Assembly (NCBI GenBank): GCA_001643675.2
Contig: LSRY02000042.1
Location: forward strand, 62,001 to 126,000
DNA: 64,000 nucleotides
Origin: Monocercomonoides exilis PA203
Lineage: Eukaryota > Protista > Preaxostyla
Direction of reading: 5' to 3'
The notes beneath the pieces were generated by a model that saw only the letters and a list, made by a program, of their open reading frames with translations, did not search any database and had not been told where the DNA came from. Every line of letters begins with the position of its first letter. The first letter of the stretch is position 1. A program made the position numbers and the translations under genes. Shown here in pieces: positions 50,735 to 64,000 of the stretch.

Positions 50735-51471
50735 TGTGTAAAAAAAGCTTGCAAATCCACATTTTCCTCCATATCTTCTTGTCTCTTTTTCTTTCTTCAT
50801 TCCGATCTCCTGAATGATCTAAACAGGATTGAAATCAATGTGTTCTCCCTAAGTGATTTTCCGTATAATACTGATGTTAGGAATGAAATGGCAGATCTGA
50901 CAATTCTCAATGAAGAAGCTTTCATTCCGTTGTTTTTCAAGGCGACAAACACATCCAAGCATCTTTTTTGCCAAATCTGAAGTTTTGAAAGGATGTCTTT
51001 GAATTTCAACTGATCCCATCCTTCATTGAAATGTTCGAAACCATATGTGTATCCCATCCATGTGGCACTTGCGACGCTTTTTTTGCACTCTTCGGCCAGT
51101 TCACGTGACATGCTTCTTGATGTCAAAATCTCGTTCCACCACGATTCTCCCTTTTCGGTTATGGATTGATTGGACATATCCTCAGTCTTCCTGGAGGAGG
51201 CGTTGCATTCATTTGCTTCATCCATCTTCCTTCCCTGATTTTCTCCTCCGTTCTCCTCCATGTCCAAGAGATGTGATTTGTGTTGTTCAGAAGAGGTTCC
51301 CATATCTGACCCTTCCAATCTGGAAGAAGAAGAAGAACTCGAGCATTCTCTATCGCTGCTTATCGGATCACTGCTGGAATCAAATGAACTGGTGGATGCG
51401 CAAGAACTGTCTCGTTTCTCCAAGAAATTTGAAAACCTCCTTGACTCAGATTGCTTCCTGGTCCGCACCAT
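50735..51471 (-). pseudogene. N-terminal part of the element 2 tyrosine-recombinase ORF
   Basis: EKGESWW...ELAEECKK..ATW.GY...LFRSFRR aligns with element 1 ERGEAWW...ELAEECKA..TTWDGY...LFRAFRR. Confidence 0.8.
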
Positions 51472-53329
51472 CTCGTTGATTTTGTGTTTTCTTTTGTCGC
51501 GAAGGCATCGAGTGTGATGTGCATCTGAAGTTGATTGGTGATCTCCTCGAGTGCTTCTTGTTCGACTTCCTAATCTCCTCCTTTTGCAAAATTCTCGGAA
51601 AGCAGTCTGCTCTGACGTTTTTCTCTCCAGGAATTAGTTGAGCTTTCACAACCACATTCAGCACTTGCGTTTGATTCCATATTTACTTCAGAAGCGTTCT
51701 GAGATTTGGACCCGCTCCCCATCGATTCAGATTGCAAACTGCTGTTGTGTTGTCTGATCGAAAAAGCATATTTCTTATTTCTTGATTACAAATGGAATTT
51801 GAGAAATGCGCGATGGCTTGATTTGTTGCGAATAGCTCTTTGAAACTCGAACTTTGGTGTCTGATTGAAAGTGGTAGAGGTTTGTGAAAGTACTGCATTT
51901 GATTGTTGACTTTTAGTGTTGCGCCTATGGCAAACCCTGATGCATCTGTCGTAAGAATTGCTTCTGGTCGAAACACTGGATTCAATCTCCTTGGTTGGTT
52001 CACTTTCAGCCTTTCGCTCCACTTCCTGAGGCAATTTGTTATCGATGCATTCACGCGCAGTTTTCCTTGCCATCCATTCAGACTCAAAACTTTGTTAAGG
52101 AGTTTGTACAGTAGTGACAAAATCAGGGAGGCTTCTTGATACACGAATCTGGTTGCATTTTGTTTCCCTATCAACGAGGCAGACTTCTTTATCGAAACAA
52201 CTCTGTCGTACTGGGCAATCCTCCTCCATTTCTGGCACTCTTTCATCAGTTCGATTTTCTTCGATTCCTCGATCTGTACCACAAACTGATTGGTACCCCA
52301 TTGGAAGCCCAAAAATTTGAACTGCTGACTTGGAATGAAATGACATTTTTCTGAATTGACCAATAGTCCCAATTTGTTGAACATCGAAAGAGTTTTCTCC
52401 ACAATAATATTGAGTTCCTGCGGGTCTTGATGAAGAAAAACAATGTCGTCCAGGTATGTAATTGTTCTCACATTCCATTCCACTCTCATATATTTTTGAA
52501 CTTTCCTCATCACTTTTGTGAACGTTCGAGGCGCATCTTTGTATCCGAAAGGCATTCCGTGGAAAGTTTAGTATTTTCCTTTGAAAACGAACGAAAGGAA
52601 TGGCAATTATTTTTCGCTGACTTTTATGAGATAATAAGCTTGACTCAAGTCCAATGTGACTGCGTAATCTATGTTTTGGATGATTTTCTTCACTGTTCTG
52701 TGGTCTTCTTGCTTGTAATAAATCGTCTTGATTGCATTGTTGAGTCTTCGGCAATCCACGATTTGTATCCAGCCACCGTCTTTCTTTCTGATTACAAACA
52801 CTGGATCCAAATGCTTCACATCCTTTTCCTGAATAGGATTGATGATATTTGTTTCTAGTTGCTTCTTGATCATCTCTGAAAAGGCTTGTTGGGCTTCTTG
52901 ACTCTGATGCTCCAAAGATTTGAATACTCCTGTTTTCTTGAGTGATTCCTTCGCAGCTTTGCTCCTCCTAACAGGGATTACTCCTTTCCCAATAATTCGT
53001 GCTCCTCCAATTTTTTCCCATTCTTCTCGAAATAAACAAGTTCTTCCTCCAACCATTGCCTCTTGTCGGACTTCTGCGGGATGTAGAATGCTGTTCGTTT
53101 CTTCTATTGGAATTTTCGCTCCCCTGATTGTCTTCTTGAAGCGAAGCTTGAAGCTCTTGGTCGCAGCCGGATTTGGTTTTGTTGTCTTGACAATCGGGGA
53201 CCTGCTTGAAAAAATCTGTGGCTTTCTGATCTTCTGGTTGGAATAGTTCTGGATCTTATCGAACTTCTTCTCACAGGCCAGCTTGTTGTTTGCAGCTTGA
53301 ATTGTTGACTCTTTTCTGTTTTTCTCCAT
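51160..53329 (-). pseudogene. pol of DIRS element 2 (RT, RNaseH, MT; stops at 52607 and 51683, frameshift ~51600)
   Basis: LDLSQAY, MPFGYKDAPR, YLDD, FLGF, TTDAS and RSDNT, then after the shift LDAFATKEN...WCG...AHPPV. Confidence 0.9.
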
Positions 53330-53892
53330 TCTTCAAGGACTTCTGATTGCCTTTGAGTAAGAAGACTGGTAGCTGAGCTCTCCTTCATCTGTGCAGCTGC
53401 CCTAAAGCCGAATCTTCCTTGAATTCTTACAGATCTTGCTTCCTTCAGCGCTTTTGAAACAAATAAAATTGCATCTGCAATTGATCCTTTTTCGTCATCT
53501 GTTTCCTTTAATTTCGCATGTGTGTAAAGCAGAATTTTTATGGCTGGATATAGAAACGCTTCAGTTCGCTCGCCTGCCTTATCCAATGCGTCGTTCATCC
53601 AATTATCTGTTCTCGAAGCTGCAAAAGGAGCCTTTGGAAGAAAAGGACTTGAATCATCTTCCTTCAGGTCAATAATAAGTTCTTCCAAATATCTTTCTGT
53701 TAAGTCTATATTATATAAGCTGCAATCCGGATCTCTGAGAAATATTGTTTTAATGCTTTTTTCTAACAGTAAACTATCCTCGCCATGGCTTTCTTTTGCT
53801 TCTGAAGCTCCCGGGATCTGCTGTGAAAATTCAGAAGTGGAATGAGAAATCATGCTTGAAAACATCTTTCCCGGAGGTCCATCTGACATCAT
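53104..53892 (-). CDS. gag-like ORF1 of DIRS element 2 (262 aa, open)
   Basis: First ORF after the left ITR. Homologous to element 1 gag, with an Arg-rich tail. Confidence 0.8.
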   Translation of the reverse strand: MMSDGPPGKMFSSMISHSTSEFSQQIPGASEAKESHGEDSLLLEKSIKTIFLRDPDCSLYNIDLTERYLEELIIDLKEDDSSPFLPKAPFAASRTDNWMNDALDKAGERTEAFLYPAIKILLYTHAKLKETDDEKGSIADAILFVSKALKEARSVRIQGRFGFRAAAQMKESSATSLLTQRQSEVLEEWRKTEKSQQFKLQTTSWPVRRSSIRSRTIPTRRSESHRFFQAGPRLSRQQNQIRLRPRASSFASRRQSGERKFQ

Positions 53893-54859
53893 TCATGTGG
53901 CAAAATTCAATGCGGGTCCAGTGCTGAGTGGAGAGCTTTGGAGCATTATTTTTTCAGATTCGCCGTGACTGACCCTTAAGTGATACTCTCAGATCGAAGA
54001 GAAGAAAGTGAATGAATGTTTTCTTTTAAATCAAAATGCTTGTGTTTTGATTATATTAATGAACAGAGATATTGTATTTCTCATTTTCTTCTTTGACTTT
54101 TTTCATTTTGATTGAGATAGGAGATAATTATTCAATTATCCAACTTCTTCAAAAGCAAGCTAAGGATCAGACTTAAAGGAGATTATTGTTTTCTTTGCAT
54201 TAATTATTCAAAAAATGCACTTTATCACTTCGTTGCCAAACTCACACATCGAATAATTCGTTTGAACATCTCAATGGTTGATGATCATGCTGCGTTCACA
54301 TCATCTTTCTTATCGCTTTTATATTGGTGTGATTTATCTTTGTTCATAACTTTTTGTTATCCATCTATTTCAGAAAACAAGTTTCGGCAAGTTCCAATTA
54401 TGTGGGCCATCGATAAAAAAATTCTTTTCATTAAGAATGCGAAAGAAAACGTTTTATTAATTAATTTTCAATTTGTTTAATTTGTCGAAAATGCACAGTT
54501 AATAACTTTCGATTTTTCATTCGATCTATCCCATAAATATTTTCAAACTTTCATGTTCTAATTTAATATTTCAAATAAGGGCTAAAAGCTTTGTCATCTC
54601 ATTACAAGGAATAAAATAGATTAATATTATTATTATTTGCTAAAAACTTTTTGATAACATTTCGCATCATCATTTTTGACTGTTATTATTCGAAATAAAT
54701 TAAATCTTTGTGTTTTATTCAATTTTGTTGATTTCTTTACCAAAAATTTGGATATTATTTATATTGAATGAAAGCATACTTTTATTAACTGATGTTCAAC
54801 AATATTTGAACTATTGGTAAATTTTTCAAATTGAATATAATCATGAACTTTTATGGAAG

Positions 54860-57800
54860 AAATCCAGAAAATTGCAGCGATCAAGTCTCTGCTCTTGTGT
54901 GAGTATTGAAATAAGTTTGGCTTGCACTTGATTATGAATTTGGTGATTGTGTGGCATATCCCGACACGACAAATAAAGAAAGCTCTTTGAAGCAGACACC
55001 AATCAACTCCACAGCAGCACCAGAGCAGGCCTCAATGAATTAATACCCTGCCTCTGGTTCAAATAAAGACAATGATGATAAAGAAGAAGACTTAGCAAAT
55101 TGCTTTGCTACAAATGCTTCTGCTGATGGTTGTTTCCTTGATTCCTGCAAGGAGATTGTTGAGAAATAAACATTGCTCAAACGCAAACAATGACTCTCAA
55201 CACAAATTACGGTATTTGCCAGCTGCGCCGGCTCTTCTGACGTGATTGTGCAGTCGCCCAGCGTCAGATTTCCGCTCCTCACCCCAAAGACAGAGCGATG
55301 CGCCGAAGCGAAGCTGGGGCCGAAGACGATGTCCATCCCCAAAATGCTGCACTCCTCAGACGAAGACACCACACAATCCGCACTTCCATCCGTCTGAGCG
55401 ATTTCGGAGTTGAACTCAAAAACAGCTGGGCTGCCTCCGACTGTCTGCACAGTCGCTGATGAAATGGCTGTCTCTGCTGAAACAGCTGCCTTCTTCACCA
55501 CCAGCACGTTCTGGTACGGCTCGTCGTTCAGATGCCGCACAGCCTCGCTCAGCGTCTCACACGGGTCTTCCCTTCGCCCACAGTCCTTCTCGTTCTTCCC
55601 TTTCTCTCCTGACACAAATATCCGCTCTGACTTGTAGAACACAATGAATGGCACCAAATCAATCGGCTCCTCGTTTTCTTTGTCCATCCCGAAGATCGCA
55701 TTATTTCTGTCGAAGGCCAACTCGCTGAAGTCCATCACAAACAACGCCTCGTTGATCTGCTCAGCAATCGATCGGCAGACAATGAAAAGATCCTTCGCCA
55801 CACTCGCTCTGTTCAAAGAAAACCGAATCAGCCGAAATTTGACTGGCAGCGCCTTCGCTTTCTCCGAAGACGGAGCATCTGAATCTTCCGGATTGTCCAG
55901 GCAGTTCAATGCAATTGCGCCTCCTCTGCCTTCACTCGTTGAGCACGCACATGTCACAAAAGACGAAAGATTCGCCAGCACACTGCCTTCATTTGCCCAG
56001 CTGTCAGCCAGCCCACCCGCCTTCTCCTTCATCCACACACAAAACGCCCCTCCCAGCTGAGACTCGCTGTTGCAGTCGCTGAATGTCGAGTTGTCCATCG
56101 TAAGCTCCACAGACAGCGCGCTCTCATAAGAAATGATCGATGCCTTCGCATTTGTGCTGCGGATGAGATGCCACTGAAGATTCTTTAGTCTGATTTCGCT
56201 TGCTATCATTTCTTTGCCACTCCCTGATAAAATTGATTCCTCATCTCCCTTCTCTTCCGCATCACCCACAGAAATAAACGATCCATCTGCAAAATTAAGA
56301 ACATCAACAGAAAACGCACTCGCCACAAAATGTGCAGCGGGTGCTGAAAGTCGGATGGCCGATGTCGCAAAGGAGAGCTCGGCCATTTTGGATTCTTCAA
56401 TCGAAAGTGTCCCAGACGAAACATGGAAAAGCACAAACGCAATGCCTTCTTCTGCTGTCTGCATCGCAAAGGAGCATTTGCTTAGCGTGGCTGTTCCTGT
56501 CTCAGTGAAAAGAAGTTCCTTTTGTGGTGTTTCGAAAGACGAAGGCAGACAGAAGTTGATGGAGGTAAATGTGAGCATGAGTTTGTTCGTGAGCACAGCC
56601 TCAGAAGGCTCAGAAAGAGATTGAATAGCTTTTCCCACATTGATTGTGCATTCATTTGAGAAAGGCTCAACAGAAAAGGAAGAAAAAGAATAGCCAGGAG
56701 AAGAAGGAACATCTGGGCTTATTGAGCTGTTTGAAAGGTTCCACTCGTCTGAAATGGCAGCACTTGTGTTGATTTTGATTTCTCTGAACTGAACTCCTTC
56801 TCTGAAATGCCTCATTCCTTCCCAAAATGACAGACAAGGCTCCCTTTCTGATCCGCACCCATGGATGTCTCTTCCACTCGACAACACAACAACAGAAGTG
56901 TCTGCATGCTCAAACAGCAGCTTGTCCAAAAAATGCCTTCTGTAAAGTTCTCTTTATCCGCTCCAAAGAAAGCATTTGTGTTTTTCCATTCAGTACAATC
57001 AAACATCAACCTTTCAATGACAACTGAAGAATTTAAATCGGAGCTGAATATGAACACGTTTCTGCCAACAAACGCTTCATTCTCAGAAAGCACCAAATCA
57101 GACAAAGAAAATCCATCTATCGAGTTGCAGCAGCTCAGATATAAAAATCCTCCTTTTCAGACAAAAGTCGAGCAAGTGCAATGGCTAACAGAACTTAATT
57201 GCTCAGAATTTTCCCCCTTCAGACAGAAGCTTCCTTCTGTTCCATGTTCAATTTTCATTCCTCCTCTTTCTGCACTCAACGCAGATGTCAAATCATCCAA
57301 AGAGCAGTTAACAATTGACAGATGCGTCTCAAGCTGAACAGACCCAAACGAAGGCTGCTCGTCATACATACTCACATAAAGAAAAGTGAATTCACAATTT
57401 TTGATGCTTTTTTCAAACGGCTGAGATTCTTGATTGGCTGAAGAGGAATAATCATCTTTCTCTTCTGATGTCAAAGGAATCAGAGCGAAAAGTGAACAAG
57501 TTGAAAATGACAAATGCGTAAAGCTTACTCCCTCAAATGAAGCTTGGGCTGTTTGTGAAATCACAAAAGGCGTAACAGAAAATGAGGCAGAATCAACATG
57601 TCACTGAGAAAGCTGCACAACTCCACCCAAAACGCTGATCACATGCACGCAACTTGAAACATCTTGATATTCTGAAGAAGTGAGAATGAAAGAGCACAAT
57701 GAAAATTTGATATTTCCTTTTTCTGTCGAAGAGGAAAACAACGAAGCATATTTGGGAGTCTCAATAGCAAAAACAGAAGGAATATGAAAATCAATCGAAG

Positions 57801-58570
57801 AAAACGAAAAAGCGTCTGTGGATGAAACAACACTCCCACATGCAAACTGAACATTGATGCTGATGTTAATCCCGCTGTTTTCTCTGCCAGATGATACAAC
57901 ATTGACTGAGTTGAGTGAAATGTCATTTTCGATCGTGCCATTCGATTTCACAGCGATCACACGAAGTGGCACATCTGCACTGCTCTCTGCAAGTCAATTG
58001 ACAGAATAGTCAAGCGATTGGAACTGAACAAAATTACTCCCACAAAACACCTCGTTCTGCCCTGCTGGAGCCTCAACCAGAACAGACACACTCACAAAAC
58101 CTTTCACAAAAATCATCAGATCAACTGCCTCGTTGAAATAGCTCCTGTCAAACCCAACCAGCGCATTCGTTTTGTCCTCAAATTGTGTTGCAAATGCAAA
58201 CAACTCAGAATTCACACCATTCCTCAGGTCATTCGCCACAATGAACATGTCTCTTCCCTGATGTGCCTTGTTTCCTCCAACACTTATCTCTGAAAATGAA
58301 TATCTGTCATTGTTGTCTGTTGCACGTGTCAAATAGATTCCTCCCCCGCATCCTTCAGAACTGCTGCAGATGCTGTTCGTCACTTCCACATTGCTCATCT
58401 TCAGCTGTCCATTTGTCCATTTCAGCTCAAAAGGCATCGCTCCTCCCTTTTTGCATCCTTCTGAGCCGAGTACTTGGAACGTGCAACAACTTCTGCTTCG
58501 TTGCTGTTCTGAAGAGAGAATATCGAAGAACATGGATTAGATCCTCCATTGCTGACACTACCGGATGAAG
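54860..58570 (-). pseudogene. Decayed paralog of the large Cys/Gly-rich surface-protein family
   Basis: Fragments 57994, 57601, 57157, 56812 and 55040 are collinear with the 19646..25126 protein (GRDMFI, CGSEREPCLSFWEG, QINEALFVMDF) and are separated by TGA stops and frameshifts. Confidence 0.8.
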
Positions 58571-59158
58571 AGGAGATAAACACAAGAACAGCAGTTGATG
58601 AATCTCTTTCTTTTTCTTCATTGTTTCATATGTTTTTGCTATTATAATAATAAAATAGTTATTAAACAAATCAACATGTGTAATTTTGATAGAGATTTTT
58701 ATCTCAAAATAAAACTGAGCTTCGATATCATAAAAGAAATACAATTAAAGAATAATATATAATCTTTTTCATTTCAATAAAATATTGAATTCACTGAAAA
58801 CTGTGCGCTTTTTATAAATGAAATTTTTTAATATTTTTTCGGTTTGTGCATTCCTTTGTGCTCGAAATAACCTGTTCGAAAGAAAAAACTCAATTGTGAT
58901 TTCTTTCATTTGAAAAAGCAACATAAAATGTGAAAATGGAACTTTTTTTAATTTTTCAAAATATTTACACTACAAAAAGGAAGCATGTGAAAATATTCAA
59001 CGTGTTCATTTTTGAATAAATTAAAAAACAAAAAACCATGAAAGTCGAAAAACATTTGTGGGATAGATCGAATGAAAAATAGTAAGTTATTAACTGTGCA
59101 TTTTCGACAAATAAAACGAATTGAAAATGAATAAATAAAACGTTTTCTTTCGCATTTT

Positions 59159-62100
59159 TTATGAAAAGAATTTTTCATCGATGGTCCATATACTTGGACC
59201 TTGCCCTGTTTTGTTCTTCTGAATCTGTGGAGAAGTCTCTGCCAATCGCTTTCCAAACAATATCATCACAGACACCTCCGTTTCATCTGAAGCCAATGAA
59301 ATATTCTCTGATGGAACTCTTCCAATCACTTCTGTTTCTGAAACAAAACTGTCTTCCTCAAACTGATATGTCTCAACCAACTCCACATCCCCTGTTTTGA
59401 ATATCAATCTGAATGACAAGTCGCAAGGAATAAAAAGAGATCCCTTGAATTTGATAAAAATGAAACATCCATTTTCATTCACTGAAACTTCTTCCAGTTT
59501 GGGAATGAAGAAAGGAGATGATATTTCTCCTGCTATCCCCCTCAAATCACATCCATCATTCAAAATCCAAAGAGAAGAAATCTTCTCTTGTCCATCTCCT
59601 CCTTTCAAGCTCGAAATAGTCAGTGAGGCAGAATCTGAACAAATGATGTTTCGGCGAAGAGAAGGGTATTTTTCAATGAAAGGATTGTTGTTCGAAAACT
59701 CTCCTTTCTCAATCGTCACATCGCCAGCTAACACTGATAACCCACCTGATGAAGCATTCATTATTGTCACATATTTCATCAACAATGAAGAATTCGCTGA
59801 ATGGACAAGCGATCCATTCCATTCGCATATTTCTTCCAAATTACAATTTCTCTCATTTTCCACTTCTTTTGCAGGAACTCCAATAAATTGACACGACTCC
59901 ATCGAAGCATGCTTTGCATTTATAACCTGGATTGTGCTTCCTTTTTCAGACAGAGAATTGCAGTTTGAATAAGAACAGTTTGAAAGAACTGTTTGAGCAG
60001 AGGTTGATGAAGCTGAGAAAACAGAAGCTCCTTCTGAATTTTTCGACCAGTTGTTGAATGAGGAGATTCCAATAGAAACTATTCATGATGACAAATCGTT
60101 TATCGAAATGACACAACCTTCAGATAATTTCACTCCATCAGCCACAACCCAATTGAATAAAATTCTTTGCATTGACCAATCTCAAATACACCTGTTGTTG
60201 ATTCAAGTTGTTCCAGTTTCACATTTGTGATTGATACCTCATCTCCATTTAACAAAAAAGGAAGCTTCTTGAATGAAAGCATTGATATTGAGCAGTTGTC
60301 AACATGAAGAATTCCATTTTCGATGCTCAACAATGTTGAATTCAGAACAAAAGATTCAATGCTGTTTGACTCCACAACTGAAGAAAAATCAACAATTGAA
60401 AGAGAAAAATGTCCACTTGATTCGTGAATAATCGAACTTCCTGAATATGAAAATGATTGACAAAAATTGAATTTCAATCTCTCAATCCGAACAGTCTCTG
60501 AGATTGAGACAAGACTTCCTGCATCGCCAGAAACGGTTGAGTTCAGATGGACCAGAGCAGCTGAGGAAGATTGCAATGAGCGGATGGTCACATTAAGAAC
60601 ATCACACTTTCCAATTATTTCAGTTTGCCCCAAGATCAACAACTGCGAGTACAGAGATGGAATAATGTGCTGAATTCCCTGATTCAATGACTGACATGGC
60701 ATATTGAACTCTCCACATTGCTTACTATCTTCGTGGTTGTCTGCAACTGAGGATTCAAATATCGTCTCGCTCTGATATTTCACGACTCTCAGTAGAAGAT
60801 CTTCTTCTCCTTTAAATGAGTCTGCTGTGCATCCCCATATCGCCAGATCTTTCACAAACGGTGCTCTGAAATCCAAAAGGAACTGCTCATCAGCTATTTG
60901 TGTTTCGATTGAATTGCTTCGAACATACACATCTCTCCCTCTCAATGCAGAGTTGTCTCTGAATGTGATGTTGGATAATACAAAGTTCAGAGGTTTCTCA
61001 GCTGTCGAGATGCATTCCAGAGACAGCCACCCACCTCTTCCTGTTGTTGAGCAGAAACACCCAGAAATCGTGCAAAATGAGCAATCAAACTTTCCTTCCT
61101 CATTCAACACATTAAACATCGCCCCTCCCTTTCCACACCTCGTTCCGCCACATTTCTTCATCGTTGTGTTTCGAATCACAATTTTCAAAGGTTCAACATT
61201 ATCATTCCTAATGATGGGAATATCATCAGTTGTATTCTGGGTGACTTCTTTATATAAACTCCACTCAATGAGAACATCTTGTTCAACTTCGTTTCTCTCT
61301 CTGTTTTCTCCAATTGAATTCTTTGTAACACCCTATCCGCTTGCCCCATCCAACTCTATATTCTTCATCGTCAGGTTTTTGATCTTCAAAATCGTTGTAA
61401 CTTGTACATAAATTATATCATGAGAAAAAAAAAGTGATTGAATAGTTATAAAATCCAATTTTACTGTACCGCAATCTGCTTTGATCAGCTCAAAGTTGAT
61501 CGTGTCTTCTATGCTTTCTTCATTTTTCGTGAACGTACAGTTTTTCAGAGTCAATAGACTTTCACTTGATCCAACATGTATCAAATAATTGACTCCACTT
61601 GCAAATGAAGATGGAATCACAAACTTCATCAGTTCGAACTTGGTAACACTACAAATCTTCATTGCTGTTCCTTCTGCTCCTTCAAGCGATGAAACACATT
61701 CCAATGAGCACATGCTGCTCTCATCCGATTATACCGATATTCCACTCACATCAACACTCTTCTGAAGATACCCTTTTCCTTTGATGCTGACATTCCTTTC
61801 ATTTCCTTCTGCCAGTCTTGCCAACGAATGATCCATCGACAGACAAGGATAATCTGAGAATCCACACACACACACATCACAACCTTCGCTCCCAATAAAT
61901 ATCTCTGTCCCAATCGCTCGCCAGAAATAAACTAATGGAATTGCATTTGTTGTATCATTCCCATCAAATCCCCTCATTGAATCCAACGAAATATCATCCA
62001 AATGCTCTGACACAAATGGAAGAGAGGTGTTTGTGATGCTCTTTGTCAAGTTGGATGACTCAACAAACAGATCATTTCCATATCTCGCAATATTTGGCTT

Positions 62101-63100
62101 ATCAAAATCAAAAACAGGTGATGAGATTATGAACGTAGAATAGTCATCAATCAATTTCAGTGCCATTCCTCCTCCAAAGCCAGTCTTTTCTTCTGCTGCT
62201 GGTGCAGTGCATCCTGTAAATGTGCACGAAATAATATTCATTTGAATGCTCCCTTTCAACTGGACACCAATGGCCCCTCCTCTGCTTTCATCAGCAAAAA
62301 CAGAGCATCCATCAAAATCACATTCTTCAATATTTATTTCTGCATTTGAATTTTCATCATCGCTGTTGTCAATACTCACGCAGCTTCCACTTCCTGTTGT
62401 TCTTTCGATTTCTGTGAAATTGCAGTTCGTCATGTTCAACCATTTGATGATCATTGACTCGGCTTTTGAACCACTTCCACACAAAGAGATCAATGGATTT
62501 CCACTCAAAGTGATTGATGAAGCTGAAAACGAAGCTATAGCCAAGGTTTCAGATTCAATAGATAAGAATAGAAAAGATAATTCTGATGAATAATTCTGAA
62601 GAGAAAGAACGCAATGAGACAGAGTTAGGTGTGAAGAAGATGAAATAAAAGTGGAATATGATGAAAGAGAAGAAGGAAGAGAGAAGATGAGTTTTGACAA
62701 GACTGTTTCAACACTTGTTGTTATCATTGCTGAATTGGATGTTAAAGTTGCATCAGAGACTGTCCAGCCACTTTTATCATCATTTCCTCTGATTTCATGT
62801 TTCTGTCCAGCAAATGTCAATTCATCACTCATCATAATCATTCCATTCACAATAATTTTCTTTTCTCCTGATAACCTTAAAAGAGAATGCTTCATTGTCA
62901 AACAAGGGAATTGGACAATTCCGCAATGAGAATGGTCAGATACCTAGGAATTGCTCACAAATATTTCTTCTGGAGTGGGAAGGAGATAGATGCAAAGAGG
63001 AATGGTCACACTCGTATTTCCATTGTCATATCTTCTCACTCTGTCAACAGAATCTGATGAATTGGTAACACGCTGGATTTTTTGAGGAATGAAAATTGTT
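59159..63100 (-). pseudogene. Second decayed surface-protein paralog, truncated before the TM/kinase tail
   Basis: Fragments 61729, 61333, 60130 and 59159. ICEWNGSLV, SLKGGDG..SSLWIL and FFIP match ~23030-23360. Multiple stops and frameshifts. Confidence 0.8.
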
Positions 63101-63533
63101 TATGGATTTGGTGAAAAGATTAAAAATATCGCTTCCCCATTTGTCTGTATTCATTCCAAAAGAATAGGATACAATGAGTGAAAAACCCGGGACATTGTAA
63201 AAAACCCGGACTATAAAAAAAAAAAGAACTTTTTTCTTTCATTAAAACATTAACTTGTTCAAACAAAATATTGACCAATGAAACATTTAAAGTTGGAAGG
63301 TTAAAACTTTTCAAAATATACAATGTATTTCTTCTCAACAAGTGTTGTTCACTTGAAAGAATGATTGATTAATATTCTTTTTTTGTTGTTGAAAATTCAA
63401 GAAAAAATTTTGCAAATATATAGAAAAAAAATTTTCATTCCATCACTTGAACTGCCTTTTGTTAGTTTGATTTAATAGCCTTTCAAACATAATTTTTTCC
63501 ATTTTGATCATTTTGATCGTTCCCTTTTTTGTG

Positions 63534-64000
63534 ATGGAAAAGAAATCCATTTCTTTAGAACTTATTAGGATTGCTGCTACTAGAGAACACCGCACAATCC
63601 ATTCCAGATCGAGGAAAATTTTTGAAATCAAGAAAAGATATCCATTGACAGTGAACGTGGCAGTCAAAGCGAAAGCAATAACAAGGCAGGCTTGGTACAG
63701 AGGCAAAACAGCTGAAAAGGAAAATAGAGATGTTGGAAAAGAAGGAAGACCATCTTTTATAAATTCTGAAAAACTGGAAAAAATTGAGAATAAGGTTTTA
63801 TCTTTATTATCAGAACGAGTTGTAGTTCGAATGAAGCACATACAGGAAATGGTTTTCGTTTTTTTTATATGTAAGTTTTTTTATCTTTGTTTTTTTAGGC
63901 AATTAACATTTTAAATACGGAATCAACAAATGAAGAAGAAAACGAGAAACTCCATCCGAAATTATCTTATTATTTGGTTCAAAGAAGTTCTAAATTAAAA
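63534..64000 (+). mobile_element. 5' part of a second pogo-like transposase gene (HTH region; intron 63852-63898), running off the window
   Basis: RGKTAEKENRDVGKEGRPSFI resembles RAESAVERGRTVGKVG*PELF at ~38750. A phase-0 GT-AG intron at the equivalent position keeps the frame open to the window end. Confidence 0.55.

Larger units (their letters stand above)
48149..54052 (-). mobile_element. Second DIRS-like retrotransposon (element 2), degenerate, with recombinase core replaced by host DNA
   Basis: Imperfect ITRs at ~53955-54008 and ~48169-48227, ICR at 48385-48486, and gag, RT, RNaseH, MT and YR-N-terminal coding on the minus strand. Confidence 0.85.

Noticed and set aside
63443-63841. Minus-strand 132-aa hydrophobic ORF
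   Set aside because: Antisense shadow of the plus-strand transposase-like frame, which has homology and intron support.
1-64000. tRNA, rRNA or prokaryotic defence operons (retron, DGR) suggested by RT plus methyltransferase plus recombinase
   Set aside because: No RNA-gene signatures were recognised by eye. The RT-RNaseH-MT-YR set with ITR and ICR is fully explained by DIRS retrotransposons.

Overview
AT-rich eukaryotic genomic DNA with short spliceosomal introns and the standard genetic code. From recall (not a database search), the gene families resemble those of an oxymonad/metamonad protist such as Monocercomonoides. There are no housekeeping genes. The window contains: (1) two DIRS-type tyrosine-recombinase retrotransposons from related but distinct families. 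One (4617-9210, +) is structurally complete, with gag, RT-RNaseH-methyltransferase, a long overlapping ORF ending in the recombinase, 88-bp perfect ITRs and an internal complementary region (ICR). The other (~48149-54052, -) has its recombinase core replaced by ~1.8 kb of host DNA. (2) A ~350-bp near-perfect palindrome. (3) Large Cys/Gly-rich single-pass surface proteins, including a ~4,080-codon gene with a kinase-remnant tail and several decayed paralogs. (4) An intronless bacterial-like MATE transporter with one nonsense codon. (5) Five copies of a 3-exon helical-protein family, two with GC-AG first introns and two sharing an apparent gene-conversion tract. (6) Two intron-containing pogo-like DDE transposase genes. 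(7) Several microsatellites. Many reading frames are broken by isolated in-frame stops.
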